From a virus (Duplodnaviria > Caudoviricetes): DNA of 24,197 nucleotides. Both the position numbers and the translations under genes were made by a program. This document shows, piece by piece, positions 23,877 through 24,197 of the stretch (the stretch's first letter is position 1; every line of letters begins with the position of its first letter). A model generated the notes under the pieces. It saw only the letters and a program-made list of their open reading frames with translations, was not told the DNA's origin and searched no databases. The stretch spans positions 1 to 24,197 of the IMG/VR virus record IMGVR_UViG_3300044645_000477. One strand, 5' to 3'.

Positions 23877-24197
23877 ATGGCTTGTGCTTTATCCCTTGGC
23901 CGTATCGAACCCTGCAAGGACGTTGTAGGTGGTTTGAATGCGGTTTACTTTTTGAACTACGCAAACCTTACGGTAACATACGATGCTACCAATACGGATG
24001 CTATCGACGTTCTCGGAAGCGGATTGACCGCTTACAAATACGACTTGAAAGGAACTTCCTCTTTCGAGCAGGCAATCACTTCAAGCCGTGACAACGGAAC
24101 CACGTTTTTTGACCAGACCTTGAATTTGACCTTGCACAAGTTGAGCAAGCAGTCACACAAGGAAATTAAGTTGATGGCCTATGGTCGTCCGATTGTA
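23877..24197 (+). CDS. putative major tail (tube) protein, 3'-truncated
   Basis: MACALSLGRIEPCKDVVGGLNAVYF..SSRDNGTTFFDQTLNLTL..; frame is open to the window end. Confidence 0.75.
   Translation, partial: MACALSLGRIEPCKDVVGGLNAVYFLNYANLTVTYDATNTDAIDVLGSGLTAYKYDLKGTSSFEQAITSSRDNGTTFFDQTLNLTLHKLSKQSHKEIKLMAYGRPIV

Noticed and set aside
23882-24091. 69-aa + strand ORF from the track
   Set aside because: Wrong frame; the real gene starts at 23877 and runs off the window.
1-24197. Stop-codon reassignment, integrase/prophage boundary, tRNA genes, DGR
   Set aside because: Genes tile densely under the standard code using all three stops; no integrase, host gene, tRNA-like sequence or reverse transcriptase was seen.

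Overview
A 24.2 kb piece of a tailed dsDNA phage genome (siphovirus-like), with all credible genes on the + strand. The host is probably Bacteroidota: there are several TAnnTTTG (-7) promoter elements, and gene starts are A/C-rich without Shine-Dalgarno motifs. The order is: lysis module (holin-like genes, M15 endolysin, u-spanin-like lipoprotein); an AT-rich structured and repetitive intergenic region (candidate origin); replication/recombination/transcription genes (DUF3310, RusA-like, SSB-like, SF4 helicase, DnaA-domain-IV-like HTH, ECF-like sigma factor, PD-(D/E)XK nucleases); a cassette of small variable genes; HNH; two glycosyltransferases, a SAM methyltransferase and a ParB-DNA methyltransferase; terminase; tail genes; prohead protease, scaffold, major capsid; and the start of the major tail gene. 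No portal, integrase, tRNA or CRISPR array is visible. Main leads: (1) a GU-repeat in the 3' UTR of the SSB transcript is complementary to the AC-repeat leaders of three promoter-proximal genes that share a promoter box, a candidate 3'-UTR antisense control circuit; (2) a probable -1 frameshift at a T9 run gives two similar-sized isoforms of a tail-chaperone-like protein; (3) microproteins are overprinted on the lysis genes; (4) a glycosylation/methylation cassette sits next to the terminase. Functional calls come from motif recognition only; no searches were run.
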